Shown here: positions 29,186-38,568 of the stretch, piece after piece
How positions within the stretch are numbered: position 1 is the first letter of the stretch
Layout of the letters: each line of letters begins with the position of its first letter
Assembly: GCA_023248535.1 (NCBI GenBank)
Contig: JAHFEJ010000004.1
Span: 3,012-67,011 of the forward strand
Source: Nitrospinales bacterium
GTDB lineage: Bacteria; Nitrospinota_A; UBA7883; JACRGQ01
Direction: 5' to 3'
DNA length: 64,000 bases
Program-made: the position numbers and the translations under genes
Notes under the pieces: model-generated
The model's input: only the letters and a program-made list of their open reading frames with translations
Databases searched by the model: none
What the model was told of the DNA's origin: nothing

Positions 29186-30258
29186 GGATGCGCTTCGTAC
29201 AATTCCGCGAATGCCGCGTCCGGTTTTCCCCCTTCGATCAGGGATATTACCAATTCGGCGATTTTCGGCGAAAAGAGGTAGCCATGCCGGTAAAGTCCGT
29301 TCACGCGGATAAGCCGTCCGCCGTGGCGGATCCTCGGCAGGTTGTTTGGAAACGCCGGACGGCACTGCGTCATCGTTTCGATGACGCGCCCCTCGGAAAA
29401 TCCGCTGTGCATAGCGTAGGCGGCGGAAAGAAGCTCCAGCGTGCCGCGCACCGATATCGGGCTGAGGTCTTCATCGTCGATGGCGGTGGCGCCAAGGATG
29501 AACTGGCCGCCGGGGCGGGGCACCACATAGATGGGATAGCGCGGGTGCATCATCCGCACCGGCCGGTTCAGCCTGACCTCCGGCGCGTGCACCCACACCA
29601 GTTCGCCGCGCACGCCGCGCAGGCCGGGAAGCTGCGTTTTGCCTTTCAGCCCGCGGGTATCAAGCACCATGTCAAAGTCGAACGCGCTTATGGCGGTATC
29701 AATGCGGCCATCGTCCGCCGAGCGGACGTGTACGCCCAAATTCAGCGTGGCGTATTTTTGCAGCCATTCGCCCAGCACCACCAGCAGCCTGCGTGAATCG
29801 ATCTGCCCTTCCAGCGGCAGGTAAAGGCCATCCATAAACGCGTCATCGATATCAGGCTCCAGTTCGCGGAGTTCGGCCCCTTCCACGCGCCGCATTACCA
29901 GATTGCCGGTATGTTCGTCCATCTTGCGTACCAGCCGCATCAATTCATTGCGGTCTTGGGGGTGGGAGATGACCAGACTGCCGGCCGCCTGGCAATAGAC
30001 ATCCCCCCCGATCTGGGGCAGGAGTTGTTGCCACATGGCGAGCGAAGGATTGCCGAGGCGCGCCACCACCGGCTCGGCGTATTCCAGCTCACAGTAGGGA
30101 GCGATCATGCCGGCTGCCGCGTAACTGGTGGTGCCGGTCGCCGCCAGATCGCCGTCATCGAACAGCGTTACGCGCCACCCCTTTTTAGCCAGCAGGTAGC
30201 CGGTCAGCCGTCCGATGATGCCCGCTCCCGCGATGCCGCACGTATTTCCCTTAGTCAT
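29182..30258 (-). CDS. thiO: Glycine oxidase
   Basis: GAGIIG FAD motif, AAAGMIAP..E, RGVRGE, HPRY, NGLYRHG. Confidence 0.92.
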   Translation of the reverse strand: MTKGNTCGIAGAGIIGRLTGYLLAKKGWRVTLFDDGDLAATGTTSYAAAGMIAPYCELEYAEPVVARLGNPSLAMWQQLLPQIGGDVYCQAAGSLVISHPQDRNELMRLVRKMDEHTGNLVMRRVEGAELRELEPDIDDAFMDGLYLPLEGQIDSRRLLVVLGEWLQKYATLNLGVHVRSADDGRIDTAISAFDFDMVLDTRGLKGKTQLPGLRGVRGELVWVHAPEVRLNRPVRMMHPRYPIYVVPRPGGQFILGATAIDDEDLSPISVRGTLELLSAAYAMHSGFSEGRVIETMTQCRPAFPNNLPRIRHGGRLIRVNGLYRHGYLFSPKIAELVISLIEGGKPDAAFAELYEAHP

Positions 30259-30300
30259 CGTATTCCGCTTTCCCTGATCGTGCCGACAAACGAAAACCTG

Positions 30301-31497
30301 TTACGCCAGACGCTCGCCGAAGGCTTTCAAGCGGCGCATCCCCTCTTCGATCCGCTCGGTGGCCATCGCGTAGCTGAAGCGCAAATAGCCTTCCGCGCCG
30401 AACGCAACGCCCGGCACCGGGCCGACCCCCGCGTGGTCGATGAGGACGTTCGCCAATTGCGCCGAATCGCGGATGACCTCCCCGTCGAATTTCTTGCCGA
30501 GCCAGCCGTTGAAATTGGGGAACGCGTAGAACGCTCCTTTCGGGACGACGCACGAAATGCCGTCCATCGAGTTGAGCGCGCCGACGATGATGTCGCGCCG
30601 CTTTTTGAATTCCGACGCGCGCGTGGCGAAAAACGCGGTATCTTTCAGCGCTTCCGCCGCCGCTAGCATCAGCGGCGTTACGGGGTTGCTGGTGGACTGG
30701 CTCTGCAGTTTCACCATCGCCTTGATGATCGGCTCCGGCCCCAGCGCGTGGCCAAGCCGCCAACCGGTCATTGAAAAGCTCTTGGACATGCCGTTCACCA
30801 GAATGGTGCGGTCCTTCACGTCCGCCCCCAGTTGCACGGGGGAGAGGTGTTTGTGGCCGTCATAAACGATGGCGTCGTATATCTCGTCCGAAATGAGGTA
30901 GATGTCGTCGTTCACGGCGATATCGGCGATCTTGCGGATCGTTTCATTGCTGTAAACCGCGCCGGTCGGGTTACACGGCGAGTTGAGGATGATCGCTTTG
31001 GTGGCGGAGGTGATCTTCGATTTCAGCTCGTCCATATCGGGATTGAACCCGTTTTCGGGGCGGCAGTTCACAAAAACCGGCTTGGCCCCCGCCAGCAGCA
31101 CCTGGCTGGGATAGGTGACCCAGTACGGGGAGAAGATGATGACTTCATCCCACTCGTCGAAGAGCACCTGGGAGATGTTGTAGAGCGAGTGCTTGGCCCC
31201 CATCGAGACGATGCACTGGCTCTTGGCGTAATCGACGCCGAGCTGGCGGCTGGTGAATTCGACGATGGCGGTCTTTATCTGGTCGTTGCCGGCGACGGGG
31301 GCGTACTTGTTCTTTCCCTCGCGGATCGCCTTGATGGCGGCCTCCTTGGCCGGTTCGGGCACGTCGAAATCGGGCTCGCCCGCGGCGAAGCTGATGATAT
31401 CCTTCCCCTTCGCGTTCAGCGCCGTTATGCGCCCCGCCACCTCCATCGTGGCCGATTCTTCGAACGAATCCATCCTCCGCGCAAGTTTCATGTTCAT
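30301..31497 (-). CDS. aspC: Class I PLP aminotransferase (aspartate aminotransferase)
   Basis: GEPDF, GAK, PYW..Y, NSP.NPTG, SDEIY, SKS.SMTGWRLG. Confidence 0.9.
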   Translation of the reverse strand: MNMKLARRMDSFEESATMEVAGRITALNAKGKDIISFAAGEPDFDVPEPAKEAAIKAIREGKNKYAPVAGNDQIKTAIVEFTSRQLGVDYAKSQCIVSMGAKHSLYNISQVLFDEWDEVIIFSPYWVTYPSQVLLAGAKPVFVNCRPENGFNPDMDELKSKITSATKAIILNSPCNPTGAVYSNETIRKIADIAVNDDIYLISDEIYDAIVYDGHKHLSPVQLGADVKDRTILVNGMSKSFSMTGWRLGHALGPEPIIKAMVKLQSQSTSNPVTPLMLAAAEALKDTAFFATRASEFKKRRDIIVGALNSMDGISCVVPKGAFYAFPNFNGWLGKKFDGEVIRDSAQLANVLIDHAGVGPVPGVAFGAEGYLRFSYAMATERIEEGMRRLKAFGERLA

Positions 31498-31985
31498 TTC
31501 CTTCCCTTGGCGTGCAGCTTGCGCCGCAACGCATTGGCGACGGCGGGCGGCACAAGGGCCGTGACATCGCCCCCCAGCCCCGCCACCTCTTTGATGATCT
31601 TCGAGCTAATGAACGTGTACTCCTCGCTCGGCATCATAAATACCGTTTCCACCTTCTTGTTTATTTTCCGGTTCATCTGGCTTAATTGCAATTCATACTC
31701 AAAATCGGAAATGGCGCGCAGGCCGCGCACCACCGTGTAAACGCCGCGCGACATGCAAAAATCGACCAACAGATTGTCGAACGCTTCCACCGCCACGCGG
31801 CCATTATGCCCTGCGGTGGCTTTGCGGATGAGGTTCACCCGCTCTTTCACGGCAAAGAGGGGCTTTTTGGCCGGATTCACCGCCACGGCGATGATAATGG
31901 AGTCGAACACCGAGAGCGAACGGGTGACGAGGTCGAGGTGGCCATTGGTGACCGGGTCGAACGTCCCCGGATATACCGCTTTCAT
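31494..31985 (-). CDS. coaD: Phosphopantetheine adenylyltransferase
   Basis: YPGTFDPVTNGH, RGLR..SDFEYE, ISS..IKE. Confidence 0.97.
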   Translation of the reverse strand: MKAVYPGTFDPVTNGHLDLVTRSLSVFDSIIIAVAVNPAKKPLFAVKERVNLIRKATAGHNGRVAVEAFDNLLVDFCMSRGVYTVVRGLRAISDFEYELQLSQMNRKINKKVETVFMMPSEEYTFISSKIIKEVAGLGGDVTALVPPAVANALRRKLHAKGRK

Positions 31986-32011
31986 CCAGATTCCTCCGTG
32001 TTAAGCGGCAG

Positions 32012-32968
32012 TCAGCGGGAAGCCGCTTGTTTCTTCAATTGTACCGCACGGCGGGCGGCATCGGCCAGCCCCGTGGCGGTAAACCCGCAGGCCTCCAGAA
32101 GCTCTTCCGGCGCGCCGGATGATATGTAATCGTCCTGAATGCCCACGCGGATGACCGGCACCGGATTATTCTCGGCCACCAGTTCAGCCACCGCGCTCCC
32201 CAGTCCGCCGATGATGCTGTGCTCTTCGGCGGCGACCAACGCGCCGCTTTCGGCGGCCGCCTGCAGGACAAGATCGCGGTCAATCGGCTTGATGGAAGCC
32301 ATATTGACCACCCCCGCCGAAATCCCTTCTTTCTCAAGAAGCGCGGCGGCTTCCAGCGCAATGCTCGTCATCAACCCGCAGGCGATAAAGGTGACATCCG
32401 CCCCCTTTTTCAATTGATCCCCTTTGCCCGGGGTGAACGTTTTGGAATCGTTAAACACCACCGGGAACTTGTCGCGCGTGAGACGGATGTAGACCGGTCC
32501 GACGTATGCGGCCGCCCAGCGGACCGCCGCGGCGGTTTCATGGGCGTCGGCCGGCATAATGACGGTCATGCCGGGGATGGCGCGCATCAGGGCGATATCC
32601 TCTCCCGCCTGGTGCGAAGGGCCGTCTGGCCCGACGGTGATGCCGCCGTGCGTGGCGATAATCTTGACGTTCTGGTGCGGGTAGCCGACCGCCTGCCGAA
32701 CCTGTTCCCACGCCCGCCCGGAGGCGAAAATGGCGAACGTGGAGGCGAACGGTATCTTGCCACCGGCGGCAAGCCCCGCGGCGGTGCCAATCATATCCTG
32801 TTCGGCGACGCCCATATTGAAGAAACGTTCCGGGAACGCCTTGGCGAACGTCGAAGTACGGGTGCTGCCTGAAAGATCGGCGTCCAGCACCACGATGTCC
32901 TTGTTGGTTTTTCCCAGTTCCGCAACGGTTTTGCCGTAGTAATCGCGTAACGCAAGCATCTCGGCCAT
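32012..32968 (-). CDS. Transketolase, C-terminal subunit
   Basis: DADL..ST, G.AEQ, G.DG.SHQ..ED, EEH...GGLG. Confidence 0.93.
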   Translation of the reverse strand: MAEMLALRDYYGKTVAELGKTNKDIVVLDADLSGSTRTSTFAKAFPERFFNMGVAEQDMIGTAAGLAAGGKIPFASTFAIFASGRAWEQVRQAVGYPHQNVKIIATHGGITVGPDGPSHQAGEDIALMRAIPGMTVIMPADAHETAAAVRWAAAYVGPVYIRLTRDKFPVVFNDSKTFTPGKGDQLKKGADVTFIACGLMTSIALEAAALLEKEGISAGVVNMASIKPIDRDLVLQAAAESGALVAAEEHSIIGGLGSAVAELVAENNPVPVIRVGIQDDYISSGAPEELLEACGFTATGLADAARRAVQLKKQAASR

Positions 32969-32969
32969 A

Positions 32970-33800
32970 TTATGCCTTCTCCCCAAGCTCGGCCAGCGCC
33001 TTGTTCAGTTCATCCGTGCTGGGAGCTGTGCCGTGCCACTTGGCCAGCCGCTCCATAAACGACACTCCTTTGCCCTTCACCGTGCGCGCCCAGATCAGCG
33101 ACGGCTTATCCGTCACTTTTTTCGCGTTGTCGATGGCGGCGAAAATCTGCCCGAAATCATGGCCGTCGATCTGCTGCACATGCCAGCCGAACGCTTCCCA
33201 TTTCTTCCCTATCGGCTCAATGCCCATCACATCGCTCACGAATCCGTCGATTTGCAGTTCGTTGTTATCCAAAAACGCGATGAGGTTGCCCAGCTTGAAG
33301 TGGGCGGCGCTCATGGCCGCTTCCCAAATCTGCCCCTCCTGCGTTTCACCGTCCCCCATCATGGCGTAGACAAAGGTGTCCCGCCCATCGAGGCGGTTCG
33401 CCAACGCAAGCCCGTTGGCTTGCGAAAGCCCCTGACCGAGCGAGCCGGTGGTGATCTCAACGCCGGGTGTGGAGGGGGCGTACGGGTGGCCGCTCAAAAT
33501 GCTTTCATATTGCCGCAGGGTTTTGAGGTGCTCCCGGCCGAAGTAACCGCATTCGGCAAGCACGGCGTAAAGCGCCGGGGCGCCGTGCCCCTTGGAGAGG
33601 ACGAATTTATCGCGCCGATCCGTTTTTTTGCGGTCTGGACCGTGATCCATCGCGCCGCAATAGAGGGCCACCAGCATATCGATGGCCGAAAGGGAACCGC
33701 CCGGGTGCCCGCTGCCCGCAGCATGGATCATGGTAAGGATATCAACGCGCATCCGGCGCGCGATTTCCTTAAGCTCAACAACGTCTTTTGTCCGTTTCAC
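32970..33800 (-). CDS. Transketolase, N-terminal subunit
   Basis: SGHPGGSLS, LSKGH, GSLGQG, GDGE.QEGQ.WEA TPP-binding motif, KGKGVSFME. Confidence 0.94.
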   Translation of the reverse strand: MKRTKDVVELKEIARRMRVDILTMIHAAGSGHPGGSLSAIDMLVALYCGAMDHGPDRKKTDRRDKFVLSKGHGAPALYAVLAECGYFGREHLKTLRQYESILSGHPYAPSTPGVEITTGSLGQGLSQANGLALANRLDGRDTFVYAMMGDGETQEGQIWEAAMSAAHFKLGNLIAFLDNNELQIDGFVSDVMGIEPIGKKWEAFGWHVQQIDGHDFGQIFAAIDNAKKVTDKPSLIWARTVKGKGVSFMERLAKWHGTAPSTDELNKALAELGEKA

Positions 33801-34114
33801 AAATTACCCCCAAAAACCGGTCATCCGCAGCTAATCCCGTGAATAAAGCGGGTTAAGGATAACATACACCCCCTAGGCAGGCAAACGGGGAAAACGGTAA
33901 AAACTGGGAAATGCGGCCAGCCTACGGGTTGTGCAAAAAACGGCAAAAACAGAGGTCAGAAATTGGCGGTCGGCGTGGAAATAGATACCGCTTTCCCCGG
34001 GTTATTGGGAGATAAATGGACTGAAGCGCGAAAGACTGGGAGGAAAGTTGAAACCCGCCGCGGCGGCCTTTAGCGTGCCCTTGATGTTAGGGGAGGCCCC
34101 GATTCCCTTGTTAC

Positions 34115-34315
34115 TCAGTTATTTTGGTAGTGGCTGATCAGGGCATTCATATCCCGATTGGCAAGCTGCTCGCCGCTAAACACATAGTGGAGGATATAGC
34201 CCAAGGTAATGCCAATGGAATCAACCTCTTTATAAAGAATGGCATCAACAGCCCCGGCTTCCCCGGCGAACATTTTGACCACTTTGCGTTCCATATCCTC
34301 AAATCCCTTTTTCAT
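34115..34315 (-). CDS. Small hypothetical protein (66 aa)
   Basis: SD-like AAAGGCGG and a sigma28-type promoter directly upstream. Confidence 0.6.
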   Translation of the reverse strand: MKKGFEDMERKVVKMFAGEAGAVDAILYKEVDSIGITLGYILHYVFSGEQLANRDMNALISHYQNN

Positions 34316-34344
34316 AATGATCGCCGCCTTTCTGTTTTAGTATC

Positions 34345-34371
34345 TTATCGGATAATTCACCAGTCGGCTTA
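34345..34371 (-). promoter_or_regulatory. Sigma28 (FliA)-type promoter
   Basis: Minus strand TAAG-N15-TCCGATAA versus consensus TAAA-N15-GCCGATAA. Confidence 0.6.
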
Positions 34372-34445
34372 AGGCGATAGAAAAACCCGTACCAGCGTCC
34401 CGGCATTATATTCGGGAGGTTCTACCTGTCAAAGGAATAATGCAA

Positions 34446-34982
34446 CTACTGTTCCATCTGCCGCTTCGCCAGCTGTTCGCTGATCTGTGCGGCTGTGGCG
34501 GTATCAAGACTGCTCAGGATTTTCGAGGACGACTGGGCTTTCATGGCCATGAGAATACGCAACGCCGTGGGGCGGTCCATAGCCTTCAAACGGCTGGCTG
34601 CGTCGGCCGCGGGCATGGTGGCATAGGCTTTGGCGAGTGTGGTCACATTCTTCACTTCAAGATCGTCGCGCAACTTCACCAGTTCTTCCAGCTTTAGCTG
34701 CACGATCTTCAGTTCGTCGATCTTTTTCTGGATGCTGGCTTCAAGGGTAAGAAGCTGCCCTTCGCGGGCGTTCAGTTCCTCTTCGCGGCGGCGCAGCTCT
34801 TCCTGTTTTTTCTGCAGGTCCTTGGCCATCTCCATCCGCATCTGGTCCTGCGGGTCGGCGCCGGTTTTTGAGGCCGCTTCATTCTGGGCCAGCGCCTTCG
34901 GGATATTCACCGCGCCGCTTCCCGCCGCCACCAGCGCGGCGGCAAAAAGAAGCCCCGTGAAAAAAACAACATTCCTGCTCAT
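34446..34982 (-). CDS. MotE/YlxF-like flagellar protein (coiled coil + MgtE-N-like helices)
   Basis: TM/signal segment, coiled coil, L.K.Y..M.A..AA..L; usual position after fliJ. Confidence 0.8.
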   Translation of the reverse strand: MSRNVVFFTGLLFAAALVAAGSGAVNIPKALAQNEAASKTGADPQDQMRMEMAKDLQKKQEELRRREEELNAREGQLLTLEASIQKKIDELKIVQLKLEELVKLRDDLEVKNVTTLAKAYATMPAADAASRLKAMDRPTALRILMAMKAQSSSKILSSLDTATAAQISEQLAKRQMEQ

Positions 34983-35422
34983 AGCGCCTGCTCCCTGAAC
35001 CACATCATTTGCGCCACCTCGTCGGTGAATTTCACTTCACGCCGTTTTTCCTCTTTCTCGTAGGCATCTTTCAGCCGGTCGCGGTAAATCTCGAGCGCCT
35101 TGCGGCGGCGAAGATATTCCTGCAGCTCAAGCTGCTTCGCTTTCAGCCGTTCGCCGATCTGCTCCAACTCGCGCATCTTCCACCGGATATCCGCGTCGCG
35201 TCCCTGTAAAAAGTCATCGTATAGCCGAAACAGCTTCGGGTCGTGCGCAGTACGGCCCAACTCTGTCATGGCGGCGGCGGCTTCCGTGCGCCCCTGCTCC
35301 AGCGTGGCGAGAACGCCGCGGGCATGTAACTGTTCGGCGTTGACCAGCGCCACTTCGCGCTGCTTTTCTTCCTCCTGCCGTTTCCGGTGGTCAAGGACGC
35401 TTTGCAGCCGGAATTTGAACAT
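34979..35422 (-). CDS. fliJ: Flagellar export protein FliJ
   Basis: FKFRLQSVL..R...EE, E.K..DE; located after fliI. Confidence 0.92.
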   Translation of the reverse strand: MFKFRLQSVLDHRKRQEEEKQREVALVNAEQLHARGVLATLEQGRTEAAAAMTELGRTAHDPKLFRLYDDFLQGRDADIRWKMRELEQIGERLKAKQLELQEYLRRRKALEIYRDRLKDAYEKEEKRREVKFTDEVAQMMWFREQAL

Positions 35423-36735
35423 CAGAAAATCTCCTTAAGCCGCCGCAACGTATCGGTAAAATCGGCCCGTTCGCCGATCCCCTGCTCAAGAAAGGTGTTT
35501 ATAAGCGGGTATTTCTGTATGGCGAAGTCGATGTCGGGGTTGCTCCCCTTCACATACGCTCCGATGTTGATAAGGTCTTCCGCCTCTTTATAAATGGCCA
35601 GCGTCCGAAACAGCGTTTTGGCCAGTTTCCGGTGCTCTTCGCCGGTTACATCGATCATCACGCGGCTTATGCTTCCCAGCACATCGATGGCGGGATAATG
35701 GCCCCGCGCCGCAAGGGCGCGGGAGAGGATAATGTGGCCGTCCAGAATGGCGCGCGACGCGTCTGAAACCGGCTCGCCCAGATCATCCCCTTCCACCAGC
35801 ACGGTATAGATGCCAGTGATGCTTCCCTCGCCTTCGGTGCCGGCGCCGGCCCGTTCCAGCAGGCGCGGCAGCAGCGCGAACACGCTGGGGGTGTACCCTT
35901 TCGTGGCGGGCGGTTCGCCAATGGAAAGGCCGATTTCCCGCTGCGCCATGGCGAAACGGGTAAGCGAATCGATCATCAGAAGCACATCTTTCCCCTGTTT
36001 GCGGAAATATTCGGCGATGGCGGTTGCGGTATATGCCGCCCGTAAACGGACCAGCGGAGTGTTATCCGAAGTGGCGGTCACCAGCACCGAGCGGCGCAAG
36101 CCGTCTTCTCCCAAATTCTTGTCAATAAACTCGCGCACTTCCCGTCCGCGTTCGCCCACAAACCCGATCACCGTCACATCGGCATCGGTCATCTTTGCCA
36201 TCATCCCCATCAAAACCGATTTACCCACACCGGTTCCGGCCATGATGCCGATTCGCTGGCCGCGGCCGCAGGTAAGCAGCCCGTTCACCGCCCGCACGCC
36301 AAGGTCGAGCGGTTGGTGTATCCGCTTGCGGCTTACGGGATTTATCGGGTCGGCGTAGAGCGGCATTTCACCCATGCAGCTCAACGGCCCCTTTCCATCA
36401 ATGGGATTGCCGAGGCCGTCCAAAACGCGCCCAAGGATGCCTTCATCCACTTTTACCACGGCGCGCCCGGTCAATGCCTCGATGCGGCAACGCGGGGATA
36501 CCCCCTGCGGCGCGGAGAGCGGCATCATCAGTATCCGTCCGTCACGGAAACCAACCACTTCGGCGTCAACGGTTGCCCCCTCGCCCCGCGGGTAGATGCG
36601 GCACATGGAGCCGACCGGCACATCCGGACCGTCCCCTTCGATAACGAGGCCAATAATGCGTACCACCTGTCCCACCGGCACAATAGAAGCGGACTGTGTA
36701 AGCGCCCGCCGGTATTTCGTCAGATCAACGTTCAT
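35422..36735 (-). CDS. fliI: Flagellar export ATPase FliI
   Basis: AGTGVGKS Walker A, GERGREV, DSLTRFAMAQREIGL, DGHI.LSR. Confidence 0.96.
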   Translation of the reverse strand: MNVDLTKYRRALTQSASIVPVGQVVRIIGLVIEGDGPDVPVGSMCRIYPRGEGATVDAEVVGFRDGRILMMPLSAPQGVSPRCRIEALTGRAVVKVDEGILGRVLDGLGNPIDGKGPLSCMGEMPLYADPINPVSRKRIHQPLDLGVRAVNGLLTCGRGQRIGIMAGTGVGKSVLMGMMAKMTDADVTVIGFVGERGREVREFIDKNLGEDGLRRSVLVTATSDNTPLVRLRAAYTATAIAEYFRKQGKDVLLMIDSLTRFAMAQREIGLSIGEPPATKGYTPSVFALLPRLLERAGAGTEGEGSITGIYTVLVEGDDLGEPVSDASRAILDGHIILSRALAARGHYPAIDVLGSISRVMIDVTGEEHRKLAKTLFRTLAIYKEAEDLINIGAYVKGSNPDIDFAIQKYPLINTFLEQGIGERADFTDTLRRLKEIF

Positions 36736-36738
36736 CGC

Positions 36739-37518
36739 CTATTTCCCTATCTGCTCGCGTAACGTGCGGTGGATATTTATCAGCCGGTTTTCCACCGTGG
36801 CGTCCAGGCTCCCGATATTCGTTTCAAGGATGCAGCCGCCGGGAGTGATCGCCGGGTCGGCCTTGAATTCCATTTTTTCGACCACTTCCATTTCCTGTTG
36901 CAGGCTTTCCCGCATAACGCCGAGCAATTCCATGTCCTTCGGGCTCAGCCGCACCACGATGCTCTGCTTGGTCTCCAGTTCCGACACCGCCTTGCGCAAC
37001 ACTTCAACGACGATAGCGGGATCCTGCGCCACTTCGCGGCGCACGATCTCGGCGGCGATCAACACCACCAGGTCCACCATCTCCTTTTCGGCCTTGCGGT
37101 ACTGGATGCCGCGGGCGGCCTCCAACTGCTTTAGGCCGTCAACAAGGGTATTCATGAGGCCGGTCGCTTCGGCGAAGCCTTCATGCTTCCCCTTGATATT
37201 TCCCTCTCTATAGCCCTTTTGATAGGCATCCGCTTCGATCTGCTCAACGCGGGCATGGGCGGCGCGCAACATGCCATCAATCTCATCGCTGGTCTTTTTG
37301 AGTATCTCGTCGCGGCGGTAGCCCCCCTTGAATTCGAAGTCAAACCCGCCAAGGACAAATTCATCCTCTCCGCTGGTTTCCGGCCGTTTGTGATCGGGCC
37401 TGAATTCGGCGGCGGCGTCCTTGCGGCGGGCCGCCTCCATAACCTCCGCCTCTTCCGTGAAATTCGCGAAGGAAAAGGGCTTGAAATCGTCGGTGCCGCC
37501 AATATCGAAGTTAGACAA
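36739..37518 (-). CDS. fliH: Flagellar assembly protein FliH
   Basis: AxxxGxxxG repeats, GGCILET..G..DA; TTG start 37518 overlapping the end of fliG. Confidence 0.9.
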   Translation of the reverse strand: MSNFDIGGTDDFKPFSFANFTEEAEVMEAARRKDAAAEFRPDHKRPETSGEDEFVLGGFDFEFKGGYRRDEILKKTSDEIDGMLRAAHARVEQIEADAYQKGYREGNIKGKHEGFAEATGLMNTLVDGLKQLEAARGIQYRKAEKEMVDLVVLIAAEIVRREVAQDPAIVVEVLRKAVSELETKQSIVVRLSPKDMELLGVMRESLQQEMEVVEKMEFKADPAITPGGCILETNIGSLDATVENRLINIHRTLREQIGK

Positions 37519-38542
37519 GTTCCTCGCCTCCGCCCGCCAGCACCACCTTGCCATCCTCTTCCAGTTTTTTCACAATGCGGATGATGCTCTGCTGGGCCTT
37601 TTCCACGTCGGACAGTTTCACCGGTCCCATCGCCGCGAGGTCTTCCTTCAGCATTTCGCCGGCACGCTTGGACATGTTGTGGAGTATCTTCTCCTTGAGC
37701 TGCTCCGACGCCGTCTTGAGGCCGAGGATGAGGTCGTCGCGCGAGACCTCCTTGAGAATGACCTGCATCCCCTTGTCATCCACCGACAGGAGGTCCTCGA
37801 ATACAAACATGAGGTTGCGGATGCTTTCGGCAAGCTCCGGATTGAACGATTCGATTTCAGTCAGAATGCCGACCTCCATGTTATGGTCGAGATTGTTGAC
37901 GATTTCGGCCACGGCTTCCACGCCTCCCAACCGGCTCCCTTCCATCGCGCCGGCGCTCTGGAATTCGGTCGCCAACGCGCGGTCCAGATCGGCGACCACC
38001 GAGGGATTTACCCGCTCCAGCGTGGCGATGCGGAAAACGATTTCCGAGCGGAAACGGTCGGGCAGGTTTTTAAGGATTTCCCCCGCCTGCGCGGAATCAA
38101 GATGGGCCAGTACTATGGCGGCCGTTTGCGGGTACTCGTTCCGCAGGAATGCGGCGACGGTTTTCGGGTCAAGATGGCGGATCGCCTCGAGGCCGCCCCC
38201 CAGCTCTTCGGTTTGACCGGGCGCGGCGATCTTGGAAAGTATTTCGGCCACCTTCCCCGCATCCATGGTTTTTTCAAGCATTTTCTTCAGATACTCGCGG
38301 CCGCCGGAAAGAATGCCCCCTTCGCCCCCTTCAAGGGCCTCGAAGAATTCGCGCGCCACGGTATCAATCTGTTCGTTGCTGATGTTCTCCATGAACGACA
38401 TGTAGTTACCCACCGCCTGTATCTCTTTTTCATTCATTTTGGCGAGGACTTTTGAGGCGATAGTCTCCCCCATCGAAATCATCAAAACAGCCACCTTTTC
38501 AGGGCCGCTTAATATGTTTGAACCCGGTTTACCACGTGCCAT
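37511..38542 (-). CDS. fliG: Flagellar motor switch protein FliG
   Basis: GG.EY, E.PQT.A, MFVFEDL, NMSKRA, V..SDVE.AQ. Confidence 0.97.
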   Translation of the reverse strand: MARGKPGSNILSGPEKVAVLMISMGETIASKVLAKMNEKEIQAVGNYMSFMENISNEQIDTVAREFFEALEGGEGGILSGGREYLKKMLEKTMDAGKVAEILSKIAAPGQTEELGGGLEAIRHLDPKTVAAFLRNEYPQTAAIVLAHLDSAQAGEILKNLPDRFRSEIVFRIATLERVNPSVVADLDRALATEFQSAGAMEGSRLGGVEAVAEIVNNLDHNMEVGILTEIESFNPELAESIRNLMFVFEDLLSVDDKGMQVILKEVSRDDLILGLKTASEQLKEKILHNMSKRAGEMLKEDLAAMGPVKLSDVEKAQQSIIRIVKKLEEDGKVVLAGGGEELV

Positions 38543-38568
38543 ACAATAATCCCTCTTCTTGGCCTATT

